This document shows, one piece after another, positions 36,780 through 50,240 of a DNA stretch of 64,000 nucleotides. The notes beneath the pieces were generated by a model, which had not been told where the DNA came from, ran no database searches, and saw only the letters and a list, made by a program, of their open reading frames with translations. The first letter of the stretch is position 1; each line of letters opens with the position of its first letter. The stretch is taken from NCBI RefSeq assembly GCF_006345805.1, contig NC_043001.1, forward strand, positions 84,754,001-84,818,000, written 5' to 3'. A program made the translations under genes and the position numbers. Origin of the DNA: Octopus sinensis (taxonomy: Eukaryota).

Positions 36780-38594
36780 GCATACATGTTTCAGCTTCTG
36801 CTGTTTAATGCTCTTACTTGAAGGGCTGGGTTCATCCCAGATTAGTATTAATAACACAGCTATTGTTCACAAACTACATGAAAATTATGGAAAACATACT
36901 TTGATCTGTGATACGTTCCTGTACTAATAAGGCTGGAACTTAATCTGGTGTCCATATATGGTTTCCTGGCTTCAAATTGACTTAAATTACAGCACTGTCC
37001 CCACCCCAACCATGAACGGATTGCCAGATTATTGCTGGATTAACTTTCGAGCAAAATAATGTGGTACTCGTTTACACCTGATTGGACCTAACTGACGTAA
37101 AGTCAAATGCTTTGCTCATGAACACAACACACTTCCGGCTCCGACATTGGAAACCATAATCATACAATTGTGAGTGCAACAGCCTTAACCACTAGAATGT
37201 GCGCCTTTACGCGTCTACGTGAGAACTTGTATTTAATAAGTTGGTGAGCTGACAGATTGGTAGCACGTTGAACAAAATAAAAAATGCAAAAGCCAAAGAA
37301 TGTATAGCTTCTCACATTTATTAGAAACATGTGAGAAGCCATGTAAAATGGTTATATAGTTTTAATACTAAAAGTGATAAGATCTCTCTAAATATGGCCA
37401 AGAATATGTTCAACAAATATAGTTTTACCATTTTACTCCATTATAAAGAATTATTATTGAAATCGAGGAAAAGCGAGTTACAAAATGTTTTACGCTAGTT
37501 AGTTATGTTCTTTACTATCAGTATTGGAATACCGTAGGACTTTCTCCGTTTTCATGATTCTATAAATTAATCATACGCATCTGTGTACTGAATTTATGAA
37601 GTATCATGTTGCCAATACCGAACAGTGACATTGAATGACCACTTGCTTTGTGCTAGCAGTTCTATTGAATATATCAAATGGATCAAAGGTCCTTGGTGAA
37701 CTCTTGGCTCATAAGGTCGGTCTCCCGGATTCGATGGCGTATATATATACTTCTCGTGGACGGGACGACGCTCCGTCGCAAGAATGCTCATTTTTCCCAT
37801 TAGGGTTGACTGGAGCAATGTAAAATGAAGCACGCTACAATAATCAAACCTGCAGTCTTACGATCAAAGGGCAACACTAACCACTAAGCCAGGCGCTTCT
37901 GCCTCTTTACTACAACAGCTACATTGTTACTACACTATTTTAACGAATCTTCTGTAGTGATGTTCTAATAGTATTATATCATTATAGACTGCACTATGTT
38001 ACTATAATGCTACAGAGTTTAGAATATCAGTGATAATGCAATGGAGTCTGTAATAATATAGACGCGGTTCTAGTAATGATGCTTTTCAGTGTAATGCCAA
38101 TGCATGATATTTACTATGCATCAAGCCATTACATCTGGGAATTATTTGCAGTTCAGAATAGCAACAACAATACAAATACCGCCATCATACAACAAAGCAA
38201 CCCGATCTTGTGACTCTACAACGAACATTATATTAATATATAATTACGAGATCCGTACTTATTGAAGTGCAAGAAAGACAGAGAGATATCCTTCAAATTC
38301 TATTCTGCTGTCTTAGAAAACATTGGACAATGTGATGCATGTTTCACAATACAAATGAGATGGTCATGGCTGGAATGTTTTCGAACATAGATATTTTTAA
38401 GGCTGCGCTGCGACTGAACAACGGCAATAATCATCTGTGCTGAATTACTCAAGAATTTCGAAAAGTCAACATAGTGTCGCTGGAGCAGCTTTGATAAAAG
38501 ATGTATACCCATTAGTCAGATCTGGGGCTAAACTACAACGGCAGCAACAACAACATCGATGACGACGACAATAACAGCAGCAACAGCAGTAGCA

Positions 38595-38720
38595 GTGGAG
38601 GCGCAATGGCCCAGTGGTTAGGGCAGCGGACTCGCAGTCGTAAGAGCGCGATTTCGATTCCAAACCGGACATCGTGAGTGTTTATTGCACAAAAACACCT
38701 AAGCTCCACGAGGCACCGGC
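38595..38720 (+). mobile_element. SINE family C head
   Basis: A-box tggcccagtgg and B-box-like gatttcgattcc; matches 18395-18520. Confidence 0.75.
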
Positions 38721-39487
38721 GGGAAGGGGTAGTACTCTTTCACCACAACTTACTCTTTCTCATTCTTTATACTTCTGCCACAAAGCAGAGGAACCATGGT
38801 GTAACCCACTATGGTGTGGTAAACTTTCAGACCCTAGTCTAGATTGCGAATCCTCTGTACCCCAGGATGGTTCAGCTCTCCACCCGTTAAAAGCCACCGT
38901 TTACGGAATGAGGATAACACCGTAGCTTTCGCAGCCGTGCAACCGCCAGTCTATCGCGTGTGGTGGGTGGATCTTCAAGTTGCCACACACATTCTTAGTA
39001 GCTTAGAGTAGGCTCGAATTAGAGATTATGCTTTGTGGCCAATTTACGTGAGTCCTGATTGGAAGAAGAAGAAGACAGCAGCAGCAACAACAACAATAAC
39101 AACAACAATCAGTTCTTTTAATCCTATCTCTACTACACACTTCATCACTACTACAGCTTCGACATTATTACTGCGCTAGTTTACGAAATTAGCTGTAGTT
39201 GTGTGTTATTTACCAAATTATTACAAACTCTATAAGATTAATACAGTGTCACAGAGTCTGCATCAAGATCAATAATGCCATGGAGTATGTAGTCATATGG
39301 ATGAAATTATAGTAATGTGATGGTTATTTTGCTGTTGTAGTGAGGTTTATAAAAGGATGGTGGTGCATCTTACAGTTATATGAAGATAGGAATATTGTAC
39401 AGTTATATATTTAAGAGATGAGGAATTATGTAAATTATTTACATTATTTACATTTCACGGATATTTGTCCTCATCTTGTTTGTTGTT

Positions 39488-39533
39488 AACACAACGTTTC
39501 GGCTGATACACCCTCCAGCCTTTATCAGGTGTC
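39488..39533 (-). ncRNA. Minimal hammerhead ribozyme motif (one core substitution)
   Basis: GACAC-CUGAUAA-A-GGCUG[10 nt]CAGCC-GAAAC-GUU-GUGUU, with G8 changed to A. Confidence 0.6.
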
Positions 39534-39645
39534 TTAGGGAAATTTCGAACCTGGGTTCTCATTCCTAAGGTATTTTTCGATGTTATTAATATCATTATCA
39601 TCATCATCATCATCATCATCATTATTATTATTATTATTATTATTA

Positions 39646-39691
<46 letters not shown>

Positions 39692-39728
39692 CCTTAGGAA
39701 GGAGAACGCAGTTTCGAAATTTCCCCAA

Positions 39729-39758
39729 GACACCTGAAGAAGGCCGAAACGTTGTGTT
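39729..39758 (+). ncRNA. 30-nt hammerhead-like motif with intact core and collapsed stem II
   Basis: GACAC-CUGAAGA-AGGCC-GAAAC-GUU-GUGUU. Confidence 0.55.
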
Positions 39759-40362
39759 AACAACAAACAAGATGAGGACAAATAGCCATCAAATGTAAAT
39801 AATGTAAATAAGGAATATTGTGATTTGTTTAACCTTTTATCACTTAAACCCGTCATATTCTACCTGTTTTATATACAAACTATACAGATCCGGTCTTTTG
39901 TACACTTATTACAATACAATTTTAAAAGATAAAACTCTTCTGCAAAATGCCAAATACATGAAACAATGTATGACTCATTGAAATAAGCATTACACATTAT
40001 AGAGTAATATGAATTCTTGAGGGTTAACGGTATGGGAGTGATCATAGGATTGTGGTTTCGATTTCTAGACTGGGCAATGCTACAAGTCTACTCAAATGGC
40101 AAAAATGAGTAATAGCTGCAACGGACCGGCATCCCGTTCAGGTGGGCAATTCATACGACATGGAAACCCTTATGAGTTGGTATGACTCGAGAAGGTAATT
40201 ATACATTTTTTTTAATGGTAAGGGAGGCAAGGCATCAAGTGATAGCAGTTAAAGTATTGTTATGCTAATTGTTCACATGTGTCATTGTTTGTAGTAATGA
40301 CATAGAGGTTCTCACCGTGGTGTGGTTGTGTTGGCCATCATTACTAAACTACTATTACTAGT

Positions 40363-40690
40363 GAAGGCGCGTGGCTTAGTGGTTAGGGCATTCGGCTCAC
40401 GACTGTAAGGACGTGTGTTCAATTCCCGGCGACGCGTTGTGTCCTTGAGCAAGACACTTTATTTCACGTTGATCCAGTCCACTCAGCTGGCAAAAATGAG
40501 TTGTACCTGTATTTCAAAGGGCCGGCCTTGTCACACTCTGTGTCACGCTTAATCTCCCTGAGAACTACGTTAGGGGTACACGTGTCTGTGGATTGCTCAG
40601 TCACTTGCACATTTATTTCATGAGCAGGCTGTTCCGTTGCTCGTATCAGCTGGGACCCTCGTCGTCGTCGTAACCGACGGAGTGCTCCTT
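40363..40690 (+). mobile_element. SINE family C, full length (tRNA head + CORE-like domain)
   Basis: A-box tggcttagtgg, B-box gtgttcaattcc, then ttgtgtccttgagcaagacacttt, which resembles the CORE-SINE central domain. Confidence 0.85.
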
Positions 40691-41464
40691 TATTACTAAA
40701 CTAATGTTTCTGTTTACTAAATCCCCTCAAGATTTAGCTCCCGTTGGGGATATAGTAGAAAACTCATTCCCAAGGTGCCACGCATTAAGACAGAAATCGG
40801 AGCCGTGTAAATGGCAAGAAAACCTTCTTACAATAGAGCCCCGCCTTCTTCTAGTGCATTTATTGTACCAAACGAATGTTGAGATCTGTCATAAGCCGAG
40901 GCTAATATGTGTAGTGCATCAACTTTATGCGAAACCAAAAGAAATCTATAGACCAGCATAATCAGTTTCATAGACACCAAGAAGACCGTTACAAATAAAA
41001 TGACCTTCTTCCCGGACATAAAGCATCTATAATGATTAATTGTTGTTTTATTTCCAGATAATTAAACAATTGTCGGGCTTGATTAGGCAAAATTATAAAT
41101 GGCGTCGTGGTAAATCACAGCGTATGAAACAATGTATTACTGTAGTACATAAATCAAAAGAGTATGGTGGTAGCGGTGGTAGTGGTGGTAGTGTTGGTGG
41201 TGGCGGGGTTGGGGTCTAATTAGTGGACTTTGGATGAGAAGGTAATATAATTCATTTTTAATTCCGGAGAATAGCCGTATCGCTTGAGCTATTAATTCAT
41301 TTTAGAAAAGCATAGCTGTCACGCAAACAAACACACACACATACAGACGCACACACACACACAGGCACCCCCCGCAGACTCACATATAAAGACTTACACA
41401 GACGCAGGACTGACCATATATACATACACATAAATATATATGCATGTATGCATATATACCCATT

Positions 41465-41561
<97 letters not shown>

Positions 41562-41796
41562 ATCTATACATGAATTTATATGTATGTGTATACATATACG
41601 TACGTGTGTATGTATATCTATATATATACACAGAGAGAGGAAGAGAGGGAGGAGGAGGAGAGAACGAAACAGATAAGAGGGGAACTTCGAAAGACAGATA
41701 AATATATTAGATATATATAGATTATAAATGTGCGCACTCACTCAATATCGTATATATATAATACGCACGCACACACATATATATATATATGTATAT

Positions 41797-41884
<88 letters not shown>

Positions 41885-42420
41885 TCACACGTACATCGTA
41901 CGTGTATACGCATAAATATGTATATGTGTGTGTGTATATATATATATACATACTTGTATATATATGCATATACATACATGCATACATATATATATATATA
42001 CATACACATATACATGTTTGTATGTGTACGTGTGTGTATGTGTGTGTATTCATAAGAGTACATATATCATTTAGCCACAGGTTAATTTCATATATAGACC
42101 AATGGACAAGGTATATCATATTTTCAAGAAATATATTATAATTACGTTTATATATTCGTTTTGCAAGACTCTTGATGTAAATTAGTGTGTTGAAACAGAT
42201 ATTGTTGTATTGTTATATACTATAATTCTATTCAGTTCGTAGAGTGCAGCTAGAGGAGAATTTAACTGCTTTTTCCAGCATGCCAGAGAGTAGGTTATAT
42301 CAAGTAGCTTGAGAAGATATACCGCATTTCTCTTATTTGGCTAAATTATATACCTGTATATGTTTGTAGGTAACGTGGGTATCCTTTTATGTATGTATGT
42401 GTGTATGTATGTATGTATAT

Positions 42421-42495
<75 letters not shown>

Positions 42496-42591
42496 GTGTT
42501 TGTGTTTGTGTTTGTGTAAATGTCTATTCAAATATCTGTAACCTGTATGTGACAGAATATTTGGGATGTGCATGCAGAAATACATACATAC

Positions 42592-42649
<58 letters not shown>

Positions 42650-42832
42650 AAATGTATATATGAACATTTAATGTGGTTTTAGAGTCAAGTTTTGACTGTT
42701 ATTTCCAGCGTGAGGTATCTCTTAGATACCCTAAATTATAATTTTAAATAATTATTACCTTTGAAAGGTTTTTTATTCCCATGGTGGCCACCTGATAAGA
42801 TCGGTATTTTAAATATCGATCTTATCCTTATT

Positions 42833-42924
<92 letters not shown>

Positions 42925-43261
42925 ATTACTGGAGAAGGTCGGTTATTGGGTTATCCATGGTCAGCTGTCCATAAACAGATAAAAAAACATTGGCTACTTT
43001 ACTTCTTAGAATATGCTTCTTCCCCGGATTTATATTTTTTAAAAACGATAGATATATATTGTTATATTGTTTCAAGGAAAATTAGACAGCGACTTTGAAA
43101 TAGATAGGTGAAGTTATCGAGAGATCCTTGAATTTGATCTTCAATAGTTTCATATAAAACGGTATACTAATGTGAAAATATCTGTCTTCGTATTTGTGTA
43201 CGTTCTTGCACACGTGTTCAGATGCACGTACAGGAGCGTGAGTACGCTTGTGTGTGTATAC

Positions 43262-43352
<91 letters not shown>

Positions 43353-43776
43353 CATTATATAAGTACTTCTTAGTACTGTTCTATGCATGTATTTGTCTAT
43401 ACGTCTGTATATGCAAGTGTTCGTGCTTTTATGTGCCAGTGTTGAGCATAAAAGAACTTTGTACATTATTCGTAATGGTTCAGTAACCGACTTTCGCACT
43501 AATTAGGGAATAATTACTAAACTGGTGAGTACCGGAAAGACTCCTCTTATATACAGACACCGGTCAATTAACACTTGCTTATCATTGTTAATCACTGAAG
43601 CAAATCATCAGTCGAATATAAGGTCAGGTGAACGTTTAATTAATTAACAGGTAAGCTTTGCCAAATGAAATTTCCTGTTGATACACAAAAGAACTTCGGA
43701 ACGTCAGCTTCTATTTCTATTTGACTATTAAACACCAGCACACGCGCAAAAGCACATAATGCATACATACATACAT

Positions 43777-43841
<65 letters not shown>

Positions 43842-43901
43842 CATACTTGTTTGTTTGCCCGCGTTTTTAGGTGAGTGAGGTGTACGTCTGTATGCATGCG
43901 C

Positions 43902-43948
<47 letters not shown>

Positions 43949-44732
43949 TCTCTCAAGCTCTCTCTCTCTCCCTTTCTCTGCATTTACAAATATATACGCC
44001 TTCAAATAAGATTTTGGCAAGGAATCTAGAGTAGAAGTAAATATTGCGTCGCATTATTTGCAGTTGTGTATTGTGTTGTATAGATGATGAATCAGTTGGT
44101 GGTGGTAGTTGTGGGCTAGTGTGTTTGTTTTTAATTTTGTTAGATTTGTTGTTGCTTTTCAGGAAATCGAAAAATTAATAGACCGGTATGTTAGTCATGA
44201 TTATTCGTGTTCCAAATTTGAAGAAGTTTTGATTAAATCATGATCTTCATCACATATTCCAAAAGAATCCCACCGAATATTCTTCACTTCTGGCTGTTCA
44301 AGTCAATAGAATTGTATCTGGTAGTGTTTGCTCTGTCGCTAATGGCTTTAAATCGTTATACATTTTAGTTGGTGCTATGCATGTATTTGTTATATTATTG
44401 AGGCCGAGTGAGCGAATATACTAAATGCTAAGTTGTCGACGCTTGTGTAGTGTGTCCTAAACGTTTATATAATAGATTTATTCCTTCTGTAAGCAAACAC
44501 TTTTATTTACTTCCCCACTTTATTTGGCCCTAAAACTGATAAAGGACAATCGGGAAAATCCAGTTTAATTTCACCAATATTTTACCGAGTTCAATGTATT
44601 TACTACCGTCGTCTTTGTCCCATGAGCATCGAAATATCTGGAAGAGAAAGGAAAGTTTTAAACTCTCGCCGAAGGTGCCACGCAGTGGGACTGAATCCAC
44701 ACAACATACACACACACACGCACATATGTAAT

Positions 44733-45144
44733 AGGCGTAGGAGTGGCTGTGTGGTAAGTAACTTGATTAACAACCACATGGTTCCGGGTTGTTACCACCT
44801 TGGGCAAGTGTCTTCTACTATTGCCGCGGGCCGACCAAGGCCTTGTGAGTGGATTTGGTAGACGGAAACTGAAAGAAGCCCGTCGGATATATATATGTAT
44901 ATATATATATATATATGTACGTGTACGTATATGTTTCTGTGTCTGTGTTTGTCCCCCAACATTGCTTGATGATGACGCTGGAGTGTTTAGGTTCCCGTAA
45001 CTTAGCGCTTCGGCAAAAGAGACCGATAAAATAAGTAATAAGCTTACAAAGAATAAGTCCTGGGTTCGATTTGCTCGACTAAAGCCGGTGCTCCAGCATG
45101 GCCACAATCAAATGACTGAAACAAGTAAAAGAGTAAAAGAGTAA
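44733..45144 (+). mobile_element. SINE family A, full length
   Basis: ggcgtaggagtggctgtgtggtaag head and (GTAAAAGA)2 tail. Confidence 0.92.
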
Positions 45145-47660
45145 ATAATTATGGCACATTATAGGTGCTTATGGGTGTTAGAGATTTCTAGTGTCACATA
45201 AATATCGATTTTGATATTTTCCTGCTTAGAATATCATCCTATAAATTATCAGTTGTTGGTAAACTAACATTTGAATATACTACATCCCATATTTCGGCCA
45301 TATTTACTTTGCGGCTACGTCTACTTATATACGATTATAGCTTTCCCCCCCAAAAGAAGTCTTGCTAAAGAAAAGGGGTATTATGCGTGCAAAACTGACC
45401 GAATAGGGAACAAAATGTGGCATTGGATCGGTAACAAAGTTTTGGGTTCCAATCATAAAGTTCAACGATTCATTTCACAAATACGCTCAATCAGTAGCAT
45501 ACGCACGTTGATTCTGTTTGTTTATTGAATAAACAAATATTGAATTCGTTAGCATCATTCGATAGTTCATTATTGAATCAGCATCAAGACTATCCTTTGT
45601 GTATACATAAAACATATGAAAAGAAAAGAGATGACGGAGGAATAAAGTAAATGTTAGTAAAGATAGATCGAGACGAGCTGTCTCCGAATAACGGTTCATT
45701 TTTGTAGCGAAAGAAAAGGCACACAGGTAAAGGCACACAATAGCAGAGCTTGTTGTGAATGATTTCTTGTCACTCAATCGAGCAGATTTTTCATAGTTAG
45801 AGTCTAGAATATCTGCATGATAGAAGCAAATGGCTCTGTCCAAGATCCGAAAGGGCGTTACTGCATTCCAGATCTCTCTCGATTTTGTGGGCGCGCACTT
45901 TTGAAAGACTGTTCTATCTGCTTCCTGGATGTGTGCTTGCCAGATGTAGTCCACAGAGACAGTGATGACGATGCCGCAATTTTGAAGCGATCGTGAAGGT
46001 TCCAGTTGCATATTGTTAATTATTAGGGAGCCCTGTGACGATGTAATATTTTTTTAATATATTCAGATTCGTTAATTTACATGCCAGAAATCTAAAAGCG
46101 TGTGTTGAAATTAAAACGATTGCAGCATGGAAGATTCCACATGATTCTACTGCAATGGAATCACGTCAGTAGCCAGATCGCTGTTGGTGCCACGAAAATT
46201 TTGATACCAAATATCAAATGGCTAATTGAACATACAGATTTGTGCGGTTTTGAATTGTTCATACGTAGCTTCCACTCTGCAATCATTAATTTTCAGTTTG
46301 GATCTAAAAGCACTCATTGTTTTAACGTGTTTCATTTCTATAACACTGATATACTCTATATGCGTTAAATGAATGCAATGTGTTGTCGTGTAGAGCAAAG
46401 TATCAACAGAAATAGCAAACCGTGTTGAAGCTCATATTCTGTTAAAGAATTATCGAACCCTATAATTAGAAATATTGAACCATATTTCATGTTATTATTG
46501 AACTATCAATGTTACAGGAATATTTCAGATATGTCAATATCATATTGTGCGTTCATGAATATCTCGACCTTCACTGTGTTCTCTGCAATAGGAGACCATT
46601 AATATATCACCTTATTGTTCGTCTATTACATTTAGAATACCTGGTCTCACCTGATTGTTGCAGTTCATCCCCAGAATAGATGTAAATGAGCTGACCTATG
46701 GCCCACCACATTAATATTACAACTGTTATCACACTTTTTGATATGATATATATATATATATATAGGGCTAGATTATCGAATGTGCTATTCCTATGTTTAA
46801 GAGTAGTAATGCGGGGAAGATTTAACTGCTAATTATAACTAATTATAATTATAACAAGACGGATGATCTCTCGTTTGTTCATTCGTAGAGTGTAATAGAG
46901 ACACACCCTTTTGAATTACAGGTATATTGCACCCGGTGGGCTACTATACGGTTTCCGTCCCTTCAATTTCACACAGAAAGAATGGTTCGACTTAAGGTTA
47001 AAGAACAAGGCATATGTACAGGGTGCCATGCAGAGTGGTCGAAGCTGCGACGCCATGATTGCGAAGCGAAATTCTTAGCCATTAGACTATACTGCACTAA
47101 CAGTTACAGATACGCTACACCAGGAAAAGTAAAAGATAAAACAGTCATTGCTAAAATATCTTTGTTCATAATCTTGCTTGGTCAGAGCTGAAACAACGAA
47201 TCCCTTACGTATTTAAGAGAAGAAATAAGTACTTTCCTATAAAAACATATTAGATTAACATGACAATTATATATTTCTATTTCTTGAGATAGCGGTGGGG
47301 CCGAAGATTTGTGGGAGAACTTCGACAAGGTCGCTCGGTGTTTCAGAATTAGCAGCCAAATTTTGCCCAAACCACATTTTACCATCAATAGTTAAACCTT
47401 AAGCAAATTAGATTATGCTGTCCTAGATAGACTATAGATGAAGAAACGATATGGTTGATCGCCTCTGGAATGTCTTTGATTAAGGTTAAGATCAATAAGG
47501 GTTTACTTCGAAGTTAAGCTACAAGAAATGCTAATTTTTATGTCGACTAGACAGAAAGTAAGCGTATTAGAACCTGAGAGGATATTCTAGGTCATAAATG
47601 AAAGACTGAGAAGGAGAGAACAAGAGCAATAGGGGAAATACATATATATCTATCTATCTA

Positions 47661-47753
<93 letters not shown>

Positions 47754-47874
47754 AGAGAAAGAGGGGGAGAGAGAGAGGAAGAAAAATAAAAAGAGAAAAT
47801 GAAAGAAGTTACGGTGAATACATTTAGTGTGACACTCATTCTGCAGTACAGACGGTTTATACATCAATATGTGT

Positions 47875-47921
<47 letters not shown>

Positions 47922-47962
47922 CGTCCGTGTCCACATATATATATGTATGTATGTATATGTAG

Positions 47963-48003
<41 letters not shown>

Positions 48004-48342
48004 TATAGTTAAGAAGTGAGGATGTTATTTAATAGTCAGGCGCCTAATCAACTGAATCGAGCCTTTTGATACTTGAAAAGCACAACACTAAGCTTGAATT
48101 GTAAGTTGAACATAGTCACAGACGTAACTGCATGATTAAAAAGTGTATTGGTAGTTATGGGTTCAATCTCATTGTACGACTTACTTGATAAATGTAGTCT
48201 AGGTTAGGTCTGATGTATGCGTTGCGTGTATAATGCTGTAATTGGAAACTGTGTGGAACCCTATTGCATACATACATATATGTATATATATGGATACAGT
48301 CATTAATATATGCTTGCATTTATATCTATCTGCATATATATT

Positions 48343-48410
<68 letters not shown>

Positions 48411-48411
<1 letters not shown>

Positions 48412-48782
48412 GCGCAGGAGTGACTCTGTGGTAAGTAGCTTGCTAACCAACCAAATGGTTCCGGATTCAGTCCCACTGCGTGGCATCTTGGGCAAGTGTC
48501 TTCTGCTATAGCCCTGGGCCGACCAATGTGAGTGGATTTGGTAGACGGAAACTGAAAGAAGCCTGTCGTATATATGTATATATATATATATATATATATG
48601 TCTGTGTGTGTTTGTGTGTCTGTGTTTGTCCCCCTAGCATTGCTTGACAACCGATGCTGGTGTGTTTACGTCCCCGTCACCTAGCGACTCGGCAAAAGAA
48701 ACCGATAAAATAAGTACTGGACTTACAAAGAATAAGTCCCTGCATGGCCGCAGTCAAAATGACTGAAACAAGTAAAAGAGTA
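48411..48782 (+). mobile_element. SINE family A
   Basis: Head, internal (TA)n(TG)n and tail aagtaaaagagta, with small internal deletions. Confidence 0.9.
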
Positions 48783-48829
48783 TATATACATATGCGTACA
48801 TATACATATATTTGAATAATAAGAGTGAA

Positions 48830-49094
48830 AAATTGATTATAAATTTGATTAATATTAATTTAAAACCAGTGGACTAGCATATTGAAAAATCTGAAGATGC
48901 AGAAAAACTATATTACATATATATAAGTGGGATGACACTAAGTGGACATGCATTATGCTTGATGTAGACCCCATGTGGTCTCACAACTAAGAAAATTCAG
49001 CAAACGCGAGAAGGTAAACGAGCAAGACAAATGAAATGGTCAGACAATATGGGGTCTTCATCTAGCATAATGGAAGTTTACTTAGTGGTCATCC
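48830..49094. repeat. Relative of the 32.8-33.4 kb element with a ~45-bp imperfect fold-back
   Basis: Shares ccagtggactagcat and gac(c)actaagtgga motifs. 48930-48974 and 49049-49094 are imperfect reverse complements ending at (TA)n. Confidence 0.75.
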
Positions 49095-49415
49095 ATATAT
49101 ATATATATATACCCATAGATTTATATGATGCAAATATATGTACACACAGAGAACAGAGTCCGCAGTCTGCCGAATTAGACTCAGTCGTTACTGATAAGGC
49201 AACGGAAATTGCAGAAATTCAATTGAGTATAAGAAATTCTCGAACAACGTTCTCGGCTGATTAAAATAGCAGTCTGTATACATGTATATAATTATGTGCT
49301 TTGACTACAGAATTAGAGCATTTTAGCTCTTGTTTCTAGCAATGTATATGTTTTTAACACCTTAGTCGCATTTAGTGGCAGTTATGGCTTTCCCTTTTGG
49401 TAAAATATTGCAAAC

Positions 49416-49489
<74 letters not shown>

Positions 49490-49653
49490 ATATATATAAT
49501 TAATAAAATAGAAGATAGAATGTGTAATAGGCTTTATTGGGGACCACACATCTTTTGACCCGTTCTGGGTCTCTTCGGTTACATAAATAAAATGTCACAC
49601 TAGAGATTTCTTGAGTCGGCTTACGTACCGCTATATGTCCATCTACTTCGAGA

Positions 49654-49690
<37 letters not shown>

Positions 49691-50240
49691 ATATATATGT
49701 ATATATATGTATGCATATAGATATATATGTAACAAGATTCAGTTGAACAAGGTACTTAAAGTGGAGACACCTGGTTACGTCAGAATAAAACGCACACACC
49801 TCAATTACAGATGAACGCCAACCTTGGTACAGGAGTACTGGGAGAATGGTATGATACTTAGGCAATATGTTCCGTTAATTGGACCTAACTCTTGAGCTAT
49901 TCAGACGTACTTTTTAAGCAAATACACATTCCATAATGTGCTTCCGAATATGCGAAAGGCATGTTCGGGGATAGGTGAATAAGAAATAAATAAGTAACAA
50001 TTGATGGACAAGTGTCAAGACATTACAGCCGTTTCTAACGAACTTTTTAAATGAGCAATGAATACATTGGCGAAGAATTGCAAAAGCCAGTCGAAGAATC
50101 GGGAAAGAAATATGTTCGTGCTACAAATTTTTAATTATTCAAAATTATTTTGAATGTCCTTCTCTGTGAAATTCATGTATTCACCAGAAGAAAATGTATT
50201 TTTCTAATTATATAATGTATTCAGTGATCTATATATATAT

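Larger units (their letters stand above)
39398..39810. mobile_element. Inverted pair of Penelope pLTR fragments around a (TCA)n(TTA)n core
   Basis: 39436-39573 and 39689-39810 are reverse complements apart from substitutions and one internal deletion. Both match the pLTR at 9333-9500. Confidence 0.9.

Noticed and set aside
39829-40027. Possible piggyBac MITE bounded by TTAA
   Set aside because: The inverted similarity extends only 2-3 bp beyond TTAA, which is insufficient.
40363-40440. tRNA gene candidates (also ~38595, ~35783, ~9580-9640)
   Set aside because: They have A/B boxes but no complete cloverleaf, and they continue directly into repeat bodies, so they are SINE or pLTR heads.
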